From assembly GCA_963666055.2 (NCBI GenBank), contig CAXWPH010000009.1, positions 17,227-81,226 of the forward strand: DNA of 64,000 bases. The letters are read 5' to 3'. This DNA is from Acidobacteriota bacterium (GTDB taxonomy: Bacteria; Acidobacteriota; UBA890; WLXD01). The notes below the pieces were generated by a model. The model saw only the letters and a list, made by a program, of their open reading frames with translations. It ran no database searches and was not told the DNA's origin. Below, one piece after another: positions 8,991 to 19,873 of this stretch; the stretch's first letter is position 1, and every line of letters starts with the position of its first letter. A program made the translations under genes and the position numbers.

Positions 8991-10517
8991 TCAGCGTCGA
9001 TGCGTCGACGCCTCTGCCTCGGGCACGTCGATGCGGTGCCGGCGCAGCTTGTGGTACAGCGAAGTGCGCGGGATCCCCAGCACCTCAGCGGCTCGTGTCT
9101 TGTTGCCCTTCACCGCAGCGAGCACGCGACGAATATGCGCCGCGACAACGCTGTCGAGCTTGGCGTCGCCCAGATCAGCTTCCGACAGCGCCGCATTAGC
9201 GTCGACCATCGGCGCCTCTACTTTGCTCATCGACGCGCTGATCGCCGGCGGTAGATCCTCGACTAGGATCTGCGCCGACTCCGACAGCACCGCTGCACGA
9301 CGGACAGCGTTACGCAGCTCGCGCACGTTGCCCGGCCAATCGTAGCCGATCAGCGCTGCCGAGGCGTCGTCGCTGAACCCGGTCGGGCCGCGGCCATTCT
9401 CTTCCACGAAGTCACGTCGAAAGTGCTCGGCAAGCAGCGGGATGTCCTCGCGACGCTCGCGTAGCGCCGGTACGTGCAATCCGAAAACATTGAAGCGATA
9501 GTAGAGGTCCTCGCGAAAGGAACCCTCGTCGACCAACGTGCGGAGGTCCTGGTTGCTGGCCGCGATGAAACGCACGTCGACGCGTCGCGCACCGCGATCC
9601 TCCCCTACTTTCTGGATCTCCCCGTACTCCAGCGCGCGCAGAAGCATCACTTGCAATCGTGGGCTCATGGCCTCGAGCTCGTCGAGAAACAGTGTGCCGC
9701 CGTCGGCCAGCTCCATCTTGCCGGCCTTGTCCCGGTGTGCACCAGTGAAGGAGCCCCGGACATGCCCGAACAACTCGGATGCGAGGAGGTCGTCGGCGAA
9801 CGCGCCACAATTGACGATCATCAACTCGCGATCACGTCGCGGCGAGAAATAGTGCACCCCGTGGGCAAGGAGCTCCTTGCCCACGCCGCTCTCCCCGGTC
9901 ACAAGTACGGGCTCCTTGGTGGGCGCAACCCGTTTGACCAGCGCTTCGATGTCGCGAATCTGCTTCGAGATCCCGACAATCTCGACGTTGTAACCGCGGC
10001 GGCGAGAGTAACGCGTCAGCCACAAGCGTCCGATGACCATCGAGATGGCCTCGGCGAACTCCTCAAGCCGTTCCCGATGCTCGCGGGTATAGTGGCCGCG
10101 CTCCCGAGACTCGACCGATAACACGCCGATCGCCTCGCCCTGCAGCCGGATTGGAACCACCAGGTCGGCCTGTACATCCTTGAAGGCCGGGAAGTAGTAC
10201 GGGTCCTCGCTAACGTCGTTGGACATGTAGGTCTGGTTGTTGTGGTAGACCCACGTGATGATGCCAGGTGACTGGGTGTCGAGCTCCAGCAGGTTCGGAA
10301 GGTCGGCGAGCAACTCTCCTTTTTCGCGGTGGGCAATCAGCCGAACATCGCCGTCCTCGTTCTCCATCACGAAGATCGAACCGTAGTCGCTCTCGGTCAG
10401 CGTCTTGGCGAAGTCGACAAAATCCGCCAGCACAGGCTCGAGCACCTGGTCGCTGGAATAGACGTCGAGGCATACTTTCTGGAGAATGTCGCGCGACAGC
10501 GTATCGGATGTCGACAT
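8991..10517 (-). CDS. sigma54-dependent enhancer-binding protein (GAF-AAA+-Fis HTH)
   Basis: N-terminal GAF, GESGVGKE, ELFGHVRGSFTGA, FLDE, WPGNVREL, GNKTRAAEVLGI. Confidence 0.95.
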   Translation of the reverse strand: MSTSDTLSRDILQKVCLDVYSSDQVLEPVLADFVDFAKTLTESDYGSIFVMENEDGDVRLIAHREKGELLADLPNLLELDTQSPGIITWVYHNNQTYMSNDVSEDPYYFPAFKDVQADLVVPIRLQGEAIGVLSVESRERGHYTREHRERLEEFAEAISMVIGRLWLTRYSRRRGYNVEIVGISKQIRDIEALVKRVAPTKEPVLVTGESGVGKELLAHGVHYFSPRRDRELMIVNCGAFADDLLASELFGHVRGSFTGAHRDKAGKMELADGGTLFLDELEAMSPRLQVMLLRALEYGEIQKVGEDRGARRVDVRFIAASNQDLRTLVDEGSFREDLYYRFNVFGLHVPALRERREDIPLLAEHFRRDFVEENGRGPTGFSDDASAALIGYDWPGNVRELRNAVRRAAVLSESAQILVEDLPPAISASMSKVEAPMVDANAALSEADLGDAKLDSVVAAHIRRVLAAVKGNKTRAAEVLGIPRTSLYHKLRRHRIDVPEAEASTHRR

Positions 10518-10526
10518 GCGGTCATT

Positions 10527-11993
10527 CTATCTCGACTGCCCGACCGTCTCCGCGTCCGTGACGACAAGCGATAGCTGCTGCAGCTCCGGCGACCATCGCA
10601 AGCCCCAGGCGGCCGCAAAGTCGACACCGAGCACGGCCTGTGGTGCCACCCAGCTCGAGCCAGGAGGTGCACCAAACTGGGACTCGACTCGATAGATGTA
10701 TGGCGCCCCGAAACCACCGAGTCGGGTGGCGAGTATGACGCTCTCTGTGATCCGACGGTCGATCGGCTCGGCATCGTGTACGGTCGCCTGCACCAACCCA
10801 TCGTGGCTGATGCGTGACGGCCCCGACAGGTCGATGCTTGCCGCCACCCGTACCGTCAACAGTCGAGGAAACAACAGCAGCTGCGCCTCCAGCCCATCGA
10901 TGGGCACGCGTACATCGATCCAGTGCATTGCACGAGCCTTGGGCTCGCTCGACCACGGAGCATCGCTGATGGCCGACAAATCGAGGCGCGGCGGCCTGAT
11001 GACCATGCGATCCTCGCTGAGCCACAACTCCCAACCGAGCGTCGAGATAACGTCGAAACCGAGCTCGCCATCGGCGCCGTCCACCGCCTGCAGCACGAAT
11101 GGTACCGCCGCCGAAGTCACCCGGCCCAGCTCGACGGGCGCGACGGCGTGGCCGCCACTTTCCGGGTCGCCGTGGACGACCAGTCCGACCCGGCCGACCA
11201 ACTCGGGCGACAGCGTCGATCGCGGCGACTGAAGCGACAGTCTCAGGCGTGCCGTCGCGCCACCCATGCGGACAACAACGATCGGCGCACCCGCAGCATC
11301 ACGTTCCAACGGCACCGTCCCGGCAACGCCATTCCAAACGATCGCCGCCCCGCCGGAGTGCTGCGGCACGGTTGCCGCCGCCGCCGCCGCGGTCGCCAGT
11401 CGCGAGCGAGCGGCCGCATCTTCCGAAGCTTCGGCGGCGGCGCTCAAGTGCTGGGCCGCCGCGGTCGAATTCCCCTGTCGCCAGGCTAGCGCAGCCAGCA
11501 ACCGCAGCGCCCGGGCTCGCGTCCGTTGGTCGGTTGCGAGCTGCTCGGCCAGCGATCTCGCCTCATCGAGCCGCCCGAGGGCAGCGGCGGCGCGGGCTAG
11601 CCCGAGCATCCCCTCCGATGACCCCGATCCCGCAGCACGACGAAAGAAGCTCTCAGCTTCGAGCAGTTCGCCAGAGCGCCACAGCGCCCGTCCGAGCCAA
11701 CTCCAAGATTCAGGTCCCGGGGCGCGACGTTCGTACAACCTTGCCCTGGTCAGCGCGGCGGTGATCTCGCCGGCGTCCAGAAGCTGACGCATTTCGGACT
11801 GAACCAAGATCGCCGGGCTGTCGATACCGGGTCCGGCTCCCGCACAGCCCCAAGTCCCGACAACAAGCGCCGCCCGTCCGAGCGAGCTCAATGACCACGT
11901 CAGGGGGCGTAAAAGCCGGCCCAGCCCACTTCTGTCGCCTCGGGATCCGATGCTATGATCTGCGCTGGAAGGGAGGCATATGAAGATCGACAA
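10527..11993 (-). CDS. TPR plus degenerate twin retropepsin-like protein, possible lipoprotein (true start probably near 11.9 kb)
   Basis: Ala-rich TPR-like helices, DGELGFD and AVLGVD motifs, possible lipobox TWGC. Confidence 0.55.
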   Translation of the reverse strand: MSIFICLPSSADHSIGSRGDRSGLGRLLRPLTWSLSSLGRAALVVGTWGCAGAGPGIDSPAILVQSEMRQLLDAGEITAALTRARLYERRAPGPESWSWLGRALWRSGELLEAESFFRRAAGSGSSEGMLGLARAAAALGRLDEARSLAEQLATDQRTRARALRLLAALAWRQGNSTAAAQHLSAAAEASEDAAARSRLATAAAAAATVPQHSGGAAIVWNGVAGTVPLERDAAGAPIVVVRMGGATARLRLSLQSPRSTLSPELVGRVGLVVHGDPESGGHAVAPVELGRVTSAAVPFVLQAVDGADGELGFDVISTLGWELWLSEDRMVIRPPRLDLSAISDAPWSSEPKARAMHWIDVRVPIDGLEAQLLLFPRLLTVRVAASIDLSGPSRISHDGLVQATVHDAEPIDRRITESVILATRLGGFGAPYIYRVESQFGAPPGSSWVAPQAVLGVDFAAAWGLRWSPELQQLSLVVTDAETVGQSR

Positions 11994-12225
11994 CTACCTG
12001 TCTCGCTGGCATGAGTTTCGCGAATGGTCAGCGACAAACCGGCCCGATATCGTACCTTCGGTAGAGAATCTCGGCTGCGAACTTCGTGGCGCGATCACCC
12101 AATACCGGCAAGCCACCGACCCCAACCAGCGCCAGATCCGCATGGATCTCATCAAACAGCACTACGATCGCGTGGTCCAGTGGCACATGGAGGAGATCCT
12201 ATCCAAGCTCGATCGCGAGCCCTAG
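11980..12225 (+). CDS. hypothetical protein
   Basis: GGAGG RBS and ATG, 81-aa helical composition. Confidence 0.7.
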   Translation: MKIDNYLSRWHEFREWSATNRPDIVPSVENLGCELRGAITQYRQATDPNQRQIRMDLIKQHYDRVVQWHMEEILSKLDREP

Positions 12226-12551
12226 TAGGCCTCTGCGCGTAGGTAGACTCCTGCGGCGATTCGGGAACGAGTCCGGCCCAACGATTGCACCTCACATTCG
12301 ACCCGCTGGTACAGGCCATTGGCGACGTCCTCGAACTCGTCGAGCCGTTCCATCTCGGCGGCCGCAACCTGGCGGAACAGCAACCCGACGATCTGCTGGC
12401 CGGCCGCCGGGCGCGCCTGATAGTGGCCGGTCGCGGGGTTGATCTCGCGCTGGTGGTCATGCAGGAGGGCCGGGACACAGATCGGCATCCGGCCTAGTAG
12501 GCCGACGATGATCTCCGCCCGGCACAGCTCGCCGTAGACGAACAGGTTCAA
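12222..12551 (-). CDS. gamma-glutamylcyclotransferase (GGCT/AIG2-like) family protein
   Basis: LFVYGEL, RLDEFE, GLYQRV. Confidence 0.85.
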   Translation of the reverse strand: MNLFVYGELCRAEIIVGLLGRMPICVPALLHDHQREINPATGHYQARPAAGQQIVGLLFRQVAAAEMERLDEFEDVANGLYQRVECEVQSLGRTRSRIAAGVYLRAEAY

Positions 12552-12898
12552 CCGTCGGCGTCCGCCGCCGCCTGAAGTCGATGCGCCAGCGTCTTGATTT
12601 CCCGCCGCTGCGGGAAGCTGAGATGCTGTCCCAGATCGGATTCGATGCGCAACATCAGCAGCGCTGCGTCGACAGCGGTGGCCACCAGCTCATCCGAACG
12701 CCCGGCTCCATTGGCCGGTGCATCGGTGCCACCGGCTCCTGGCTGTGACTCGACCCAACGCTCGAGCTCATCGCGATCGAAGCGTACGTTGAAGCCGAGC
12801 TTGCGATGCGGCACTTTGCCGGTCCGGACCCACTCGTACAGTGTCTTGGGCCGGATGCCGAGGAACTCTGCCGCCTGATCGACGCGCCAGAGAGTCAT
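12548..12898 (-). CDS. excisionase/BldC-like HTH DNA-binding protein with C-terminal extension
   Basis: VDQAAEFLGIRPKTLYEWVRTGKVPHRKLGFNVRFDRDELERW. Confidence 0.88.
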   Translation of the reverse strand: MTLWRVDQAAEFLGIRPKTLYEWVRTGKVPHRKLGFNVRFDRDELERWVESQPGAGGTDAPANGAGRSDELVATAVDAALLMLRIESDLGQHLSFPQRREIKTLAHRLQAAADADG

Positions 12899-13062
12899 AG
12901 TTCGCCCCCACCCGGTGTCGGTTGCCCCCCAACCGACACGAGCACGCTATCGTTGTAATCGGCGTTTGGCAACCGGTTGGCGCGACCATTTGCGCCCTTT
13001 CGGCTGCCTCCCTATACTTACTCGCCTATCTTGTCGCTAACGTTTCTTCAGCCCTCGAGACG

Positions 13063-13587
13063 ATGGACTCCGCGCCTACCCAGCGCCCGCGCAAGTTGCG
13101 GCCGACCGACGTGCTCAAGCACGAGCACCGACAGATAGAAGAACGCCTGCAGGTGCTGTCGTCGGCCCTGAAATCGCTCCGTAACCAGGGGTCGGATGCC
13201 GAGATCCTCGACCGGATCGAGGAGGTGGCGCAGTACATCGATCGCGAGATGGCGGTACATCATCGCAAGGAAGAGGAAGGGCTCTTCCCGTTGCTGGCAC
13301 GCTACCTTGACGAGGATCTCCACCTAGACGGCCGCATCGCTGATCACGAAGACCTCAAGATCATGAGCGGCAAGTTCAAGCAAACGCTCGAGGAATGCCG
13401 CAGCACCAACGATCATTTCGCCGCCCAGATGTTGAGGGGTTACGGCCTCTACATCGTCCATCTCGTGCTCGAGCATCTGCTCAAAGAGGATGAGATTCTC
13501 TTCCTGGTTGCCGACCGCTATCTCAGCGACGAGCAAGAGGACGAGATCTTGCGGCGGTTCGGCGAGATCGAAGCGGCCGTTTCCTGA
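13063..13587 (+). CDS. hemerythrin-domain protein
   Basis: LKHEH, HHRKEEEGLFP, DHE, EHLLKEDEILF. Confidence 0.88.
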   Translation: MDSAPTQRPRKLRPTDVLKHEHRQIEERLQVLSSALKSLRNQGSDAEILDRIEEVAQYIDREMAVHHRKEEEGLFPLLARYLDEDLHLDGRIADHEDLKIMSGKFKQTLEECRSTNDHFAAQMLRGYGLYIVHLVLEHLLKEDEILFLVADRYLSDEQEDEILRRFGEIEAAVS

Positions 13588-13652
13588 TCGGAACCGTCAC
13601 CCGTCTCCCCTTCTCTATCGATTCCTCGGACCCCGTGCCTTGTGTCGCGTCG

Positions 13653-13692
13653 TCTCTATGGATACCATACCCCCCTATGGTATCTATAGAGA
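13653..13692. promoter_or_regulatory. CsoR/RcnR-type operator
   Basis: tctctatggATACCATA-CCCCCC-TATGGTATctatagaga: inverted repeat around a C-tract, directly upstream of csoR. Confidence 0.85.
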
Positions 13693-13716
13693 CCTCCCGG
13701 AGCAGCGTGACACACG

Positions 13717-14001
13717 ATGAGTAGTCCTCCCCACGGAGCGCCGCATCACGACGAGATCCGTCGGCTGCGCCGCATCGAAGGGCAGATCCGAGGTCTGCAG
13801 CGAATGATCGACGACGATCGATACTGTATCGACATCCTTACTCAGATACGTTCCGCCCAGCGCGCCCTGCAGCGTGTGAACGATTCGATCCTCGAGCGTC
13901 ATTTGCTCCACTGCGTAGTACAGGCGGCAGAGAGCGGCAGCGAGCGTGTACGCGATGAGCGCGTGCGCGAGGTAATGCAAGTGCTGGAGCGTGGGCGGTG
14001 A
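13717..14001 (+). CDS. csoR: copper-sensing repressor CsoR
   Basis: [25 protein letters not shown] (Cys-His-Cys ligands). Confidence 0.92.
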   Translation: MSSPPHGAPHHDEIRRLRRIEGQIRGLQRMIDDDRYCIDILTQIRSAQRALQRVNDSILERHLLHCVVQAAESGSERVRDERVREVMQVLERGR

Positions 14002-16250
14002 GCGTGGTAGGTGCCACCGTCCGCACTTTGCCGGTACGCGGCATGCACTGTGCCTCCTGCGCCGGTAACGTGGCCCGGGTACTGCAGGCTCTGCCGGGCG
14101 TGAACGATGCGACCGTCAACCTGGCGACCGAAAGAGTTCGCGTGGAATTTGACGCCAGCGACGTTGAGCTGTCCACCCTGGCGGAGGCAGTGTCATCCGC
14201 CGGCTTCGAGCTTGTTACAGAGCCCGCGATCGCGACCTCCTCCGCTGCCGAAGCCAGCACTCCGGCAGCGCTACGCGAGGCCCAGGGACGCGTCTTCTTC
14301 GCCTGGTTGTTCACGCTGCCGATCATGCTGATCATGGCGGGCAGCTGGGCATTCGGCAGCCCCTGGCCCGATCCGTTACTGCACAAGCTGCTGATGCTGG
14401 TGTTGGCGCTTCCGGTACTGTTCGTCGTCGGCATCGAGACGCTGTCTAGTGCGATGGCGGCGGTTCGTCGTCGCAGCCCCAACATGGATGTGCTCATCGC
14501 GCTAGGCACAATGGCGGCCTACGCTACCGGGCTGCTGGCCCTGTTCACGCCGATCGCCAGCTTCTCGGGCATCGCGGCGATGATCATGGCTTTCCACCTG
14601 ACGGGTCGGTACATCGAAACCAAGGCCAGGGGCCGCGCCTCAGACGCGATCCGACGATTGATCGAGCTGGGCGCCAAGAGTGCGCGCATCGAGGTGGACG
14701 GACAGGAGCGGGAGGTGGGCATCGAAGACGTCGGGGTCGGCGACATCATGGTCGTCAGGCCGGGCGAGCGCGTGCCTACGGACGGCGTCGTCGTCGCAGG
14801 AAGCAGCGCCATCGACGAGTCCATGGCAACGGGAGAGCCGCTGCCGGTCGTCAAGCAACCGGGCGATGAGGTCATCGGTGCAACGCTCAACCAGCGTGGC
14901 CGCTTGCGGGTGCGCGCCACGCGCATCGGCGGCGATACTTTTCTGGCGCAGGTGATCCAGCTGGTCGAGCAATGTCAGTCGACGAGGGTTCCGATTCAGC
15001 TACTCGCCGACCGCGTGACTGCCGTGTTCGTCCCCGCGTCGCTGTTGATCGCGTCGCTCACGTTCATCGCCTGGGTGGTCGCACCGGGGCCCCTCGGCAC
15101 CGTGGCGCGCGCCGCAGCAGCCGTATTCCCCTGGGTGAACCCGGATCTGGGTGTCGTCTCGCTGGCCGTGTTCGCCGCCGTCGCCGTGCTAGTCATCGCC
15201 TGCCCCTGCGCTCTCGGCCTCGCCACCCCGACGGCGCTGATGGTGGGAACCGGACGCGCCGCGGAGAACGGTATCCTCTTCCGCTCCGGAGCGGCGCTGC
15301 AAGCCCTGGTGGACGCCGACGTGATCGCCTTCGACAAGACCGGCACGTTGACCGCCGGCAGCACTCAGCTGACCGGCATGACCGTCACGCCGGGCTACGA
15401 TGAGAACGAGGTTCTGAGGCTGGCCGCGGCGGTAGAAGACGCCTCGGAACACCCGCTGGCCGCGGCGGTTGTCGACGCCGCACGCGCACGCGGGCTCGAT
15501 CTCCCGCCCGCCGACCATTTCGAGGCCATTGTCGGCCGCGGCGTGGTAGCTCGAGCGCTCGACAGAGAGATCGTCGTCGGGAGCCCGATCATGATGCTCG
15601 AGCGCGGCATCGCGCTCGGGGCGCTAGAGACCGAGGCGACTCGGGTGGAGAACGCCGCCGAGACCGCCATCGCTGTGGCTATCGACGGGAAGTTAGCCGG
15701 ATTGCTGGCGATCAGTGATCCGCTCAAGGACGATTCCGCGGCGGCGATCGCGCAGTTGCGCCAGCTCGGCCTCGAGCCGTTGATGCTTACCGGTGATAAC
15801 GAGCGCACCGCCCGCGCGATCGCCGCGCGAGTCGGCATTACCGAAGTGGAAGCTGGCTTGCTGCCCGACACCAAGTTGGAATGGATTCGTCGGCGTCAAG
15901 AGGACGGCCAGAAGGTCGTCATGGTGGGCGACGGAATCAACGACGCCCCCGCTCTCACCCAAGCTGACGTCGGCGTCGCCATCGGCACCGGCACCGACAT
16001 CGCCATCGAGGCGGCCGACGTCACCGTGGTGCACGGCGATCTCGATTCTGTCGTTCGCGCCGTGCGAATCGCCCGTCGGACGTTTACGATCATCCGCCAG
16101 AATCTGTTCTGGGCTTTCTTCTACAACATCGTGGCCGTGCCTATCGCCGTGCTCGGATTGCTACATCCGGTCATTGCCGAGATGGCGATGGCGCTGTCGT
16201 CGTTAACGGTCGTTGCCAACGCGCTGCGTCTGCGGCAACAGAGCTTCTGA
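13998..16250 (+). CDS. copA: Cu(I)-translocating P1B-type ATPase
   Basis: GMHCASC HMA domain, [32 protein letters not shown]. Confidence 0.95.
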   Translation: MSVVGATVRTLPVRGMHCASCAGNVARVLQALPGVNDATVNLATERVRVEFDASDVELSTLAEAVSSAGFELVTEPAIATSSAAEASTPAALREAQGRVFFAWLFTLPIMLIMAGSWAFGSPWPDPLLHKLLMLVLALPVLFVVGIETLSSAMAAVRRRSPNMDVLIALGTMAAYATGLLALFTPIASFSGIAAMIMAFHLTGRYIETKARGRASDAIRRLIELGAKSARIEVDGQEREVGIEDVGVGDIMVVRPGERVPTDGVVVAGSSAIDESMATGEPLPVVKQPGDEVIGATLNQRGRLRVRATRIGGDTFLAQVIQLVEQCQSTRVPIQLLADRVTAVFVPASLLIASLTFIAWVVAPGPLGTVARAAAAVFPWVNPDLGVVSLAVFAAVAVLVIACPCALGLATPTALMVGTGRAAENGILFRSGAALQALVDADVIAFDKTGTLTAGSTQLTGMTVTPGYDENEVLRLAAAVEDASEHPLAAAVVDAARARGLDLPPADHFEAIVGRGVVARALDREIVVGSPIMMLERGIALGALETEATRVENAAETAIAVAIDGKLAGLLAISDPLKDDSAAAIAQLRQLGLEPLMLTGDNERTARAIAARVGITEVEAGLLPDTKLEWIRRRQEDGQKVVMVGDGINDAPALTQADVGVAIGTGTDIAIEAADVTVVHGDLDSVVRAVRIARRTFTIIRQNLFWAFFYNIVAVPIAVLGLLHPVIAEMAMALSSLTVVANALRLRQQSF

Positions 16251-16295
16251 GCACTGCGCCCTCGCATGTGCCCACACCCCTATTTCGATCGGCTG

Positions 16296-17366
16296 CTACA
16301 TATCCAACAGCATCGCCTCGACGGTAAGCCCAGGTCCTAGCCCGATCGCCACGCCAGGCCCAGTGCGCTTCTGGTCGCGTGCGGCCGCGAGAATGAAACC
16401 GATCGTGGCGGAGGACATGTTGCCGTAGCGCTCGAGGACTCTCCGCGACAGGGCCAGCATTCCGGCGTCCAAATCCAGCGCCTCGGCAAACGCGCCGAGA
16501 ACGCGCGGACCACCCGGATGTATGGCCCATGTCTCGACCTCATCAGCACGAATACCCTGCGACGCGAGCCAGCCGAGCAGCCACTGGGCGGCGCCATCTC
16601 GGACCAGTGTGGGTAGGTTGGGCGACAACGTCATCTCGAAGCCGTGATCGCGAATCCGCCAGGTCATGGCGTCGGAGCTGTCCGGTAACAGGATCGACCC
16701 CTGCGCCAACACGCGAATAGCGGACCCCGAGCCTCCGACCACAAGAGCCGCAGCGCCATCAGCGAACAGGGCGTTGGCGACGAGCTTCTCGGAATCCCAC
16801 ACGTAGCTGTAGTGCAGGCTGCACAACTCGACAGCACATACCAGTATGCGGGCCTCCGCGTTACTCCGTGCGATCGGACGTGCCAGCGCCAGCGCGTTGA
16901 ATAGGCCGTGGCACCCCATGAACCCGAGGTGGGCCCGGGTGACCTCGGGGTTGAGCCCGAGCCTCGAGACCAGGCCGGCGTCGAGCCCCGGAGCAAAGAG
17001 ACCCGTGCACGACACCGTCAACAAATGGCTGATCTCGCCCGGCAACACACCGCCATCGGCAAGCGCGCGCCGTGCAGCAACGTCACCCAAGTCCACCGCG
17101 TGCCGCTCGTAGGACTCCATCCGATCACCGGTCGACGGGCCGCGGTAAGCTTCGCCCTGGCGCGGCGGATAGAACCGCTGCCATGGCCTCGTCGCTGATT
17201 CGAGCAAGACGCTATATCGACGTTCGATCCCGGTTCGGCGGAAGAGCGTGCGCAACACACGGCCCTGTCGCGAATCGCGGCACACCAGCTCGGCGCTCAG
17301 CGCCGCAGCGTCGTCCTGAGCGATTGCCAAGCGCGGCAACGCCGTGCCGATGCCGCGGATATTCAC
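16296..17366 (-). CDS. type III polyketide synthase
   Basis: Cys-His-Asn triad FMGCHG, IHPGG, GNMSS; GTGA overlap with the upstream stop. Confidence 0.93.
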   Translation of the reverse strand: MNIRGIGTALPRLAIAQDDAAALSAELVCRDSRQGRVLRTLFRRTGIERRYSVLLESATRPWQRFYPPRQGEAYRGPSTGDRMESYERHAVDLGDVAARRALADGGVLPGEISHLLTVSCTGLFAPGLDAGLVSRLGLNPEVTRAHLGFMGCHGLFNALALARPIARSNAEARILVCAVELCSLHYSYVWDSEKLVANALFADGAAALVVGGSGSAIRVLAQGSILLPDSSDAMTWRIRDHGFEMTLSPNLPTLVRDGAAQWLLGWLASQGIRADEVETWAIHPGGPRVLGAFAEALDLDAGMLALSRRVLERYGNMSSATIGFILAAARDQKRTGPGVAIGLGPGLTVEAMLLDM

Positions 17367-18508
17367 GACAATATCGCCGGAGCCTGCGACCGCGGCGTCA
17401 CGAACCGACCCAGGTTCGGCCGGACACGCAGTGTACGAAGCGCTAGCGCTCCGATTCGAGGCCACTCTGCCAGCAGCCCGACGGCACGGCTAAGCCGCTG
17501 ACGACGGCTGATCCAGCACCGCTGTTCGCGCTCCCAGCTGCTTGCCCGCGTCGGGCTCCAACGACCCGCCAGCTCGGCCGCCGCAGCCCCGGCACGACCA
17601 CCTGCCTCGAGCGCCCAGCCGATGCCCTCCCCGGTGAACGGCTCCCAGAATCCCGCCGCATCGCCCGCCGCGATGACCCGCCGCCGGGTGACGCGCGCCG
17701 GCCGGAACCGTAGTCCCGGGGTGCCGCGCCATGCACCGCGATCCGGCAATCGGGGCATTCCGGCGTCGCCAAACAGCTGGTTCGCCGCGGCGACGAAGTC
17801 GGCCCCGGCCAGGGCTCGGCTTCGCAAGGAGGCGGCGACGTTGACGGTGCCATCGGCGAGACGAACGGCGCCTGCGTAGCCGGCGCCGCCAACTGCCATG
17901 TAGACGGTGCCGGGTTCAAATCCTTCCGCCTCGGCGGCGAAGGTCGCACCCACCCCGACGTACCGCGGCTTGCGCGCCGGCATGCGGCCGAGCGCGGTAC
18001 CTGCCAAGCCGTCCGCCGCGATCACCAGACGCGCCCTTACCTTCCACGAACCATACGCAGACCGCAACGTGACACACCTCCAGTGCACGGCGTCTTCATC
18101 ATCCAGGCGCGCCGCGGCAGGGTGCAGCACCGCGACCCCGGCTGCCACAGCGCGCCGTGCGAGGCTCGCATCGAGCCAGGCGCGTGATACGGCGACCCCA
18201 TCGCACAGCTGTAGCTCGGCTTGCTGCCCCCAGCCACCGATGGTCACTGCCCGAAGTGGCTCACCAACAGCATCGACGGGGATCCCGAGGGAACGCAGCT
18301 GAGCCAGCGACCCGGGCGACAGGCAGCAACCACAAACCTTGTAGCGTGGCAGCTTTGATCGCTCCACGAGCAACACACGCAGGCCGTCGCGTCGCGCGGC
18401 GATCGCCGCCGCGCACCCGGCGGGTCCCGCGCCGATGACCACGACGTCCCAGAGCTCCTCTGATCCGGGCATTGGCGCGGTCGGCACCGTCACGGCCGCG
18501 CTCGTCAT
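17363..18508 (-). CDS. FAD-dependent oxidoreductase (geranylgeranyl-reductase-like)
   Basis: GAGPAG, KVCG, IAADG, GDAAG..PFTGEG. Confidence 0.88.
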   Translation of the reverse strand: MTSAAVTVPTAPMPGSEELWDVVVIGAGPAGCAAAIAARRDGLRVLLVERSKLPRYKVCGCCLSPGSLAQLRSLGIPVDAVGEPLRAVTIGGWGQQAELQLCDGVAVSRAWLDASLARRAVAAGVAVLHPAAARLDDEDAVHWRCVTLRSAYGSWKVRARLVIAADGLAGTALGRMPARKPRYVGVGATFAAEAEGFEPGTVYMAVGGAGYAGAVRLADGTVNVAASLRSRALAGADFVAAANQLFGDAGMPRLPDRGAWRGTPGLRFRPARVTRRRVIAAGDAAGFWEPFTGEGIGWALEAGGRAGAAAAELAGRWSPTRASSWEREQRCWISRRQRLSRAVGLLAEWPRIGALALRTLRVRPNLGRFVTPRSQAPAILS

Positions 18509-19206
18509 CGAGGCTCGGCCAGCAACAGGTATCGGCGCGGCCAGTGTCGGCGGATGCGCACGCGCCGCAGGCCCGCTGCCCGTGCCCGCGCCACAACTTC
18601 GGCCGGTTTGAACGCGGCGCGTACGGAGCGCGGCCCGTCGGTGTGCACGATGCGCGACCGGCTCAGAAGGCGTGTTCCGACGAACGCGAGGAGAACTCCG
18701 GCTGCCCCACGCACGAGATCGTCGACTACCACGAGTCGACCAGCGGCTTGACGCATGCGCGCCAGCAGGCGGACCGCGTCGGCGTCGTCGAGATGGTGGA
18801 TCAGTAAGTTGCTCATGACAACATCGTAGCCACTCGGCAACTCGTCGATAAGGACATCAGCGACGCGAAAGCGGGCCGGAGTGCGCGACCGCGCCGCCGC
18901 TCTTCGTGCTTGATCAATCGCCAACGGGCTCATGTCCCAACCTTCGACTCGAAGTCGAACCCCGGCGGCCAGGGCGCACTGGTACAACCCCAGCGCTACA
19001 TCGCCTGAAGCACAGCCCAGGTCGAGTACGCTGAGCTCGATCGAGCCAGCGAGCGCCTGAGACATCGAGCGCCATATCGTGGATGGGACTCGCGAAAAGC
19101 GATTCACGCGAGCCAGCCCAGCGAGGGCCTGTCGATGGAAATTGGGGTCGAGGCCCGGCTGATCCATGACCTCAGGCACCACGACGCGACGGCGGAGTCC
19201 GAGCAC
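18505..19206 (-). CDS. SAM-dependent methyltransferase
   Basis: EVMDQP, VLDLGCASGD, NLLIHH, DGPRSV. Confidence 0.88.
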   Translation of the reverse strand: MLGLRRRVVVPEVMDQPGLDPNFHRQALAGLARVNRFSRVPSTIWRSMSQALAGSIELSVLDLGCASGDVALGLYQCALAAGVRLRVEGWDMSPLAIDQARRAAARSRTPARFRVADVLIDELPSGYDVVMSNLLIHHLDDADAVRLLARMRQAAGRLVVVDDLVRGAAGVLLAFVGTRLLSRSRIVHTDGPRSVRAAFKPAEVVARARAAGLRRVRIRRHWPRRYLLLAEPR

Positions 19207-19251
19207 GTCATGACTCTACAGCGCACCAGCGTCCCGTGCGGAAGCAGGTTG

Positions 19252-19839
19252 TCACGCGCCATGGCCTGCTAGCAGGCGAACACCCTCGACGCGCTGCCGG
19301 TACCTGTAGAGAACGCGGCGCACGTAGTTCTGGGTTTCGGCGTATGGCGGTATGCCGTCGTAACGACGCACCGCGCCCTCACCGGCGTTGTAGGCCGCCA
19401 GCGAGCGCTCGAGGTCTCCGTCGTATCTCTGCAGCAGCCCGCGGAGGTGGCGCACGCCAGCGTCCAGGTTCTGCCACGGATCGAAGGGCCTGTCGACGCC
19501 GTACTGGCGGGCGACATCCGGCATGAGCTGCATGAGCCCCATGGCGCCCCTCCGGGACACGGCGCGCGGGTTGAACCCCGATTCCATCTCGACCAGCGAC
19601 TCGACGAGCCGGTGGTCTACGCCACCACGCTCAGCGACGTCATGACTCAAGGAGATGAGCTCCGCAACAGCGAACGTAAGGCGCAGGCGACCCGGCGGCC
19701 GGAAGGTCGTAGGCAACCGGCGGTGGCAACTCGAGTCCGTGGCGCTGTCGGTAATCACCATGGCGCCATCGTCGGTGGTATAGACGCAGGGCTCCGACAT
19801 GCCCTGAGCGAGCGCCGCCGTCGAGGCCAAGCAGGCCAT
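19252..19839 (-). CDS. lytic transglycosylase (SLT)
   Basis: MESGFNPRAVS, GAMGLMQLMP, AAYNAGEG, IPPYAETQNYV; start uncertain. Confidence 0.9.
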   Translation of the reverse strand: MACLASTAALAQGMSEPCVYTTDDGAMVITDSATDSSCHRRLPTTFRPPGRLRLTFAVAELISLSHDVAERGGVDHRLVESLVEMESGFNPRAVSRRGAMGLMQLMPDVARQYGVDRPFDPWQNLDAGVRHLRGLLQRYDGDLERSLAAYNAGEGAVRRYDGIPPYAETQNYVRRVLYRYRQRVEGVRLLAGHGA

Positions 19840-19873
19840 GAGCGCCGTCAGACAAGAAAGCCTGCCGACGCCA

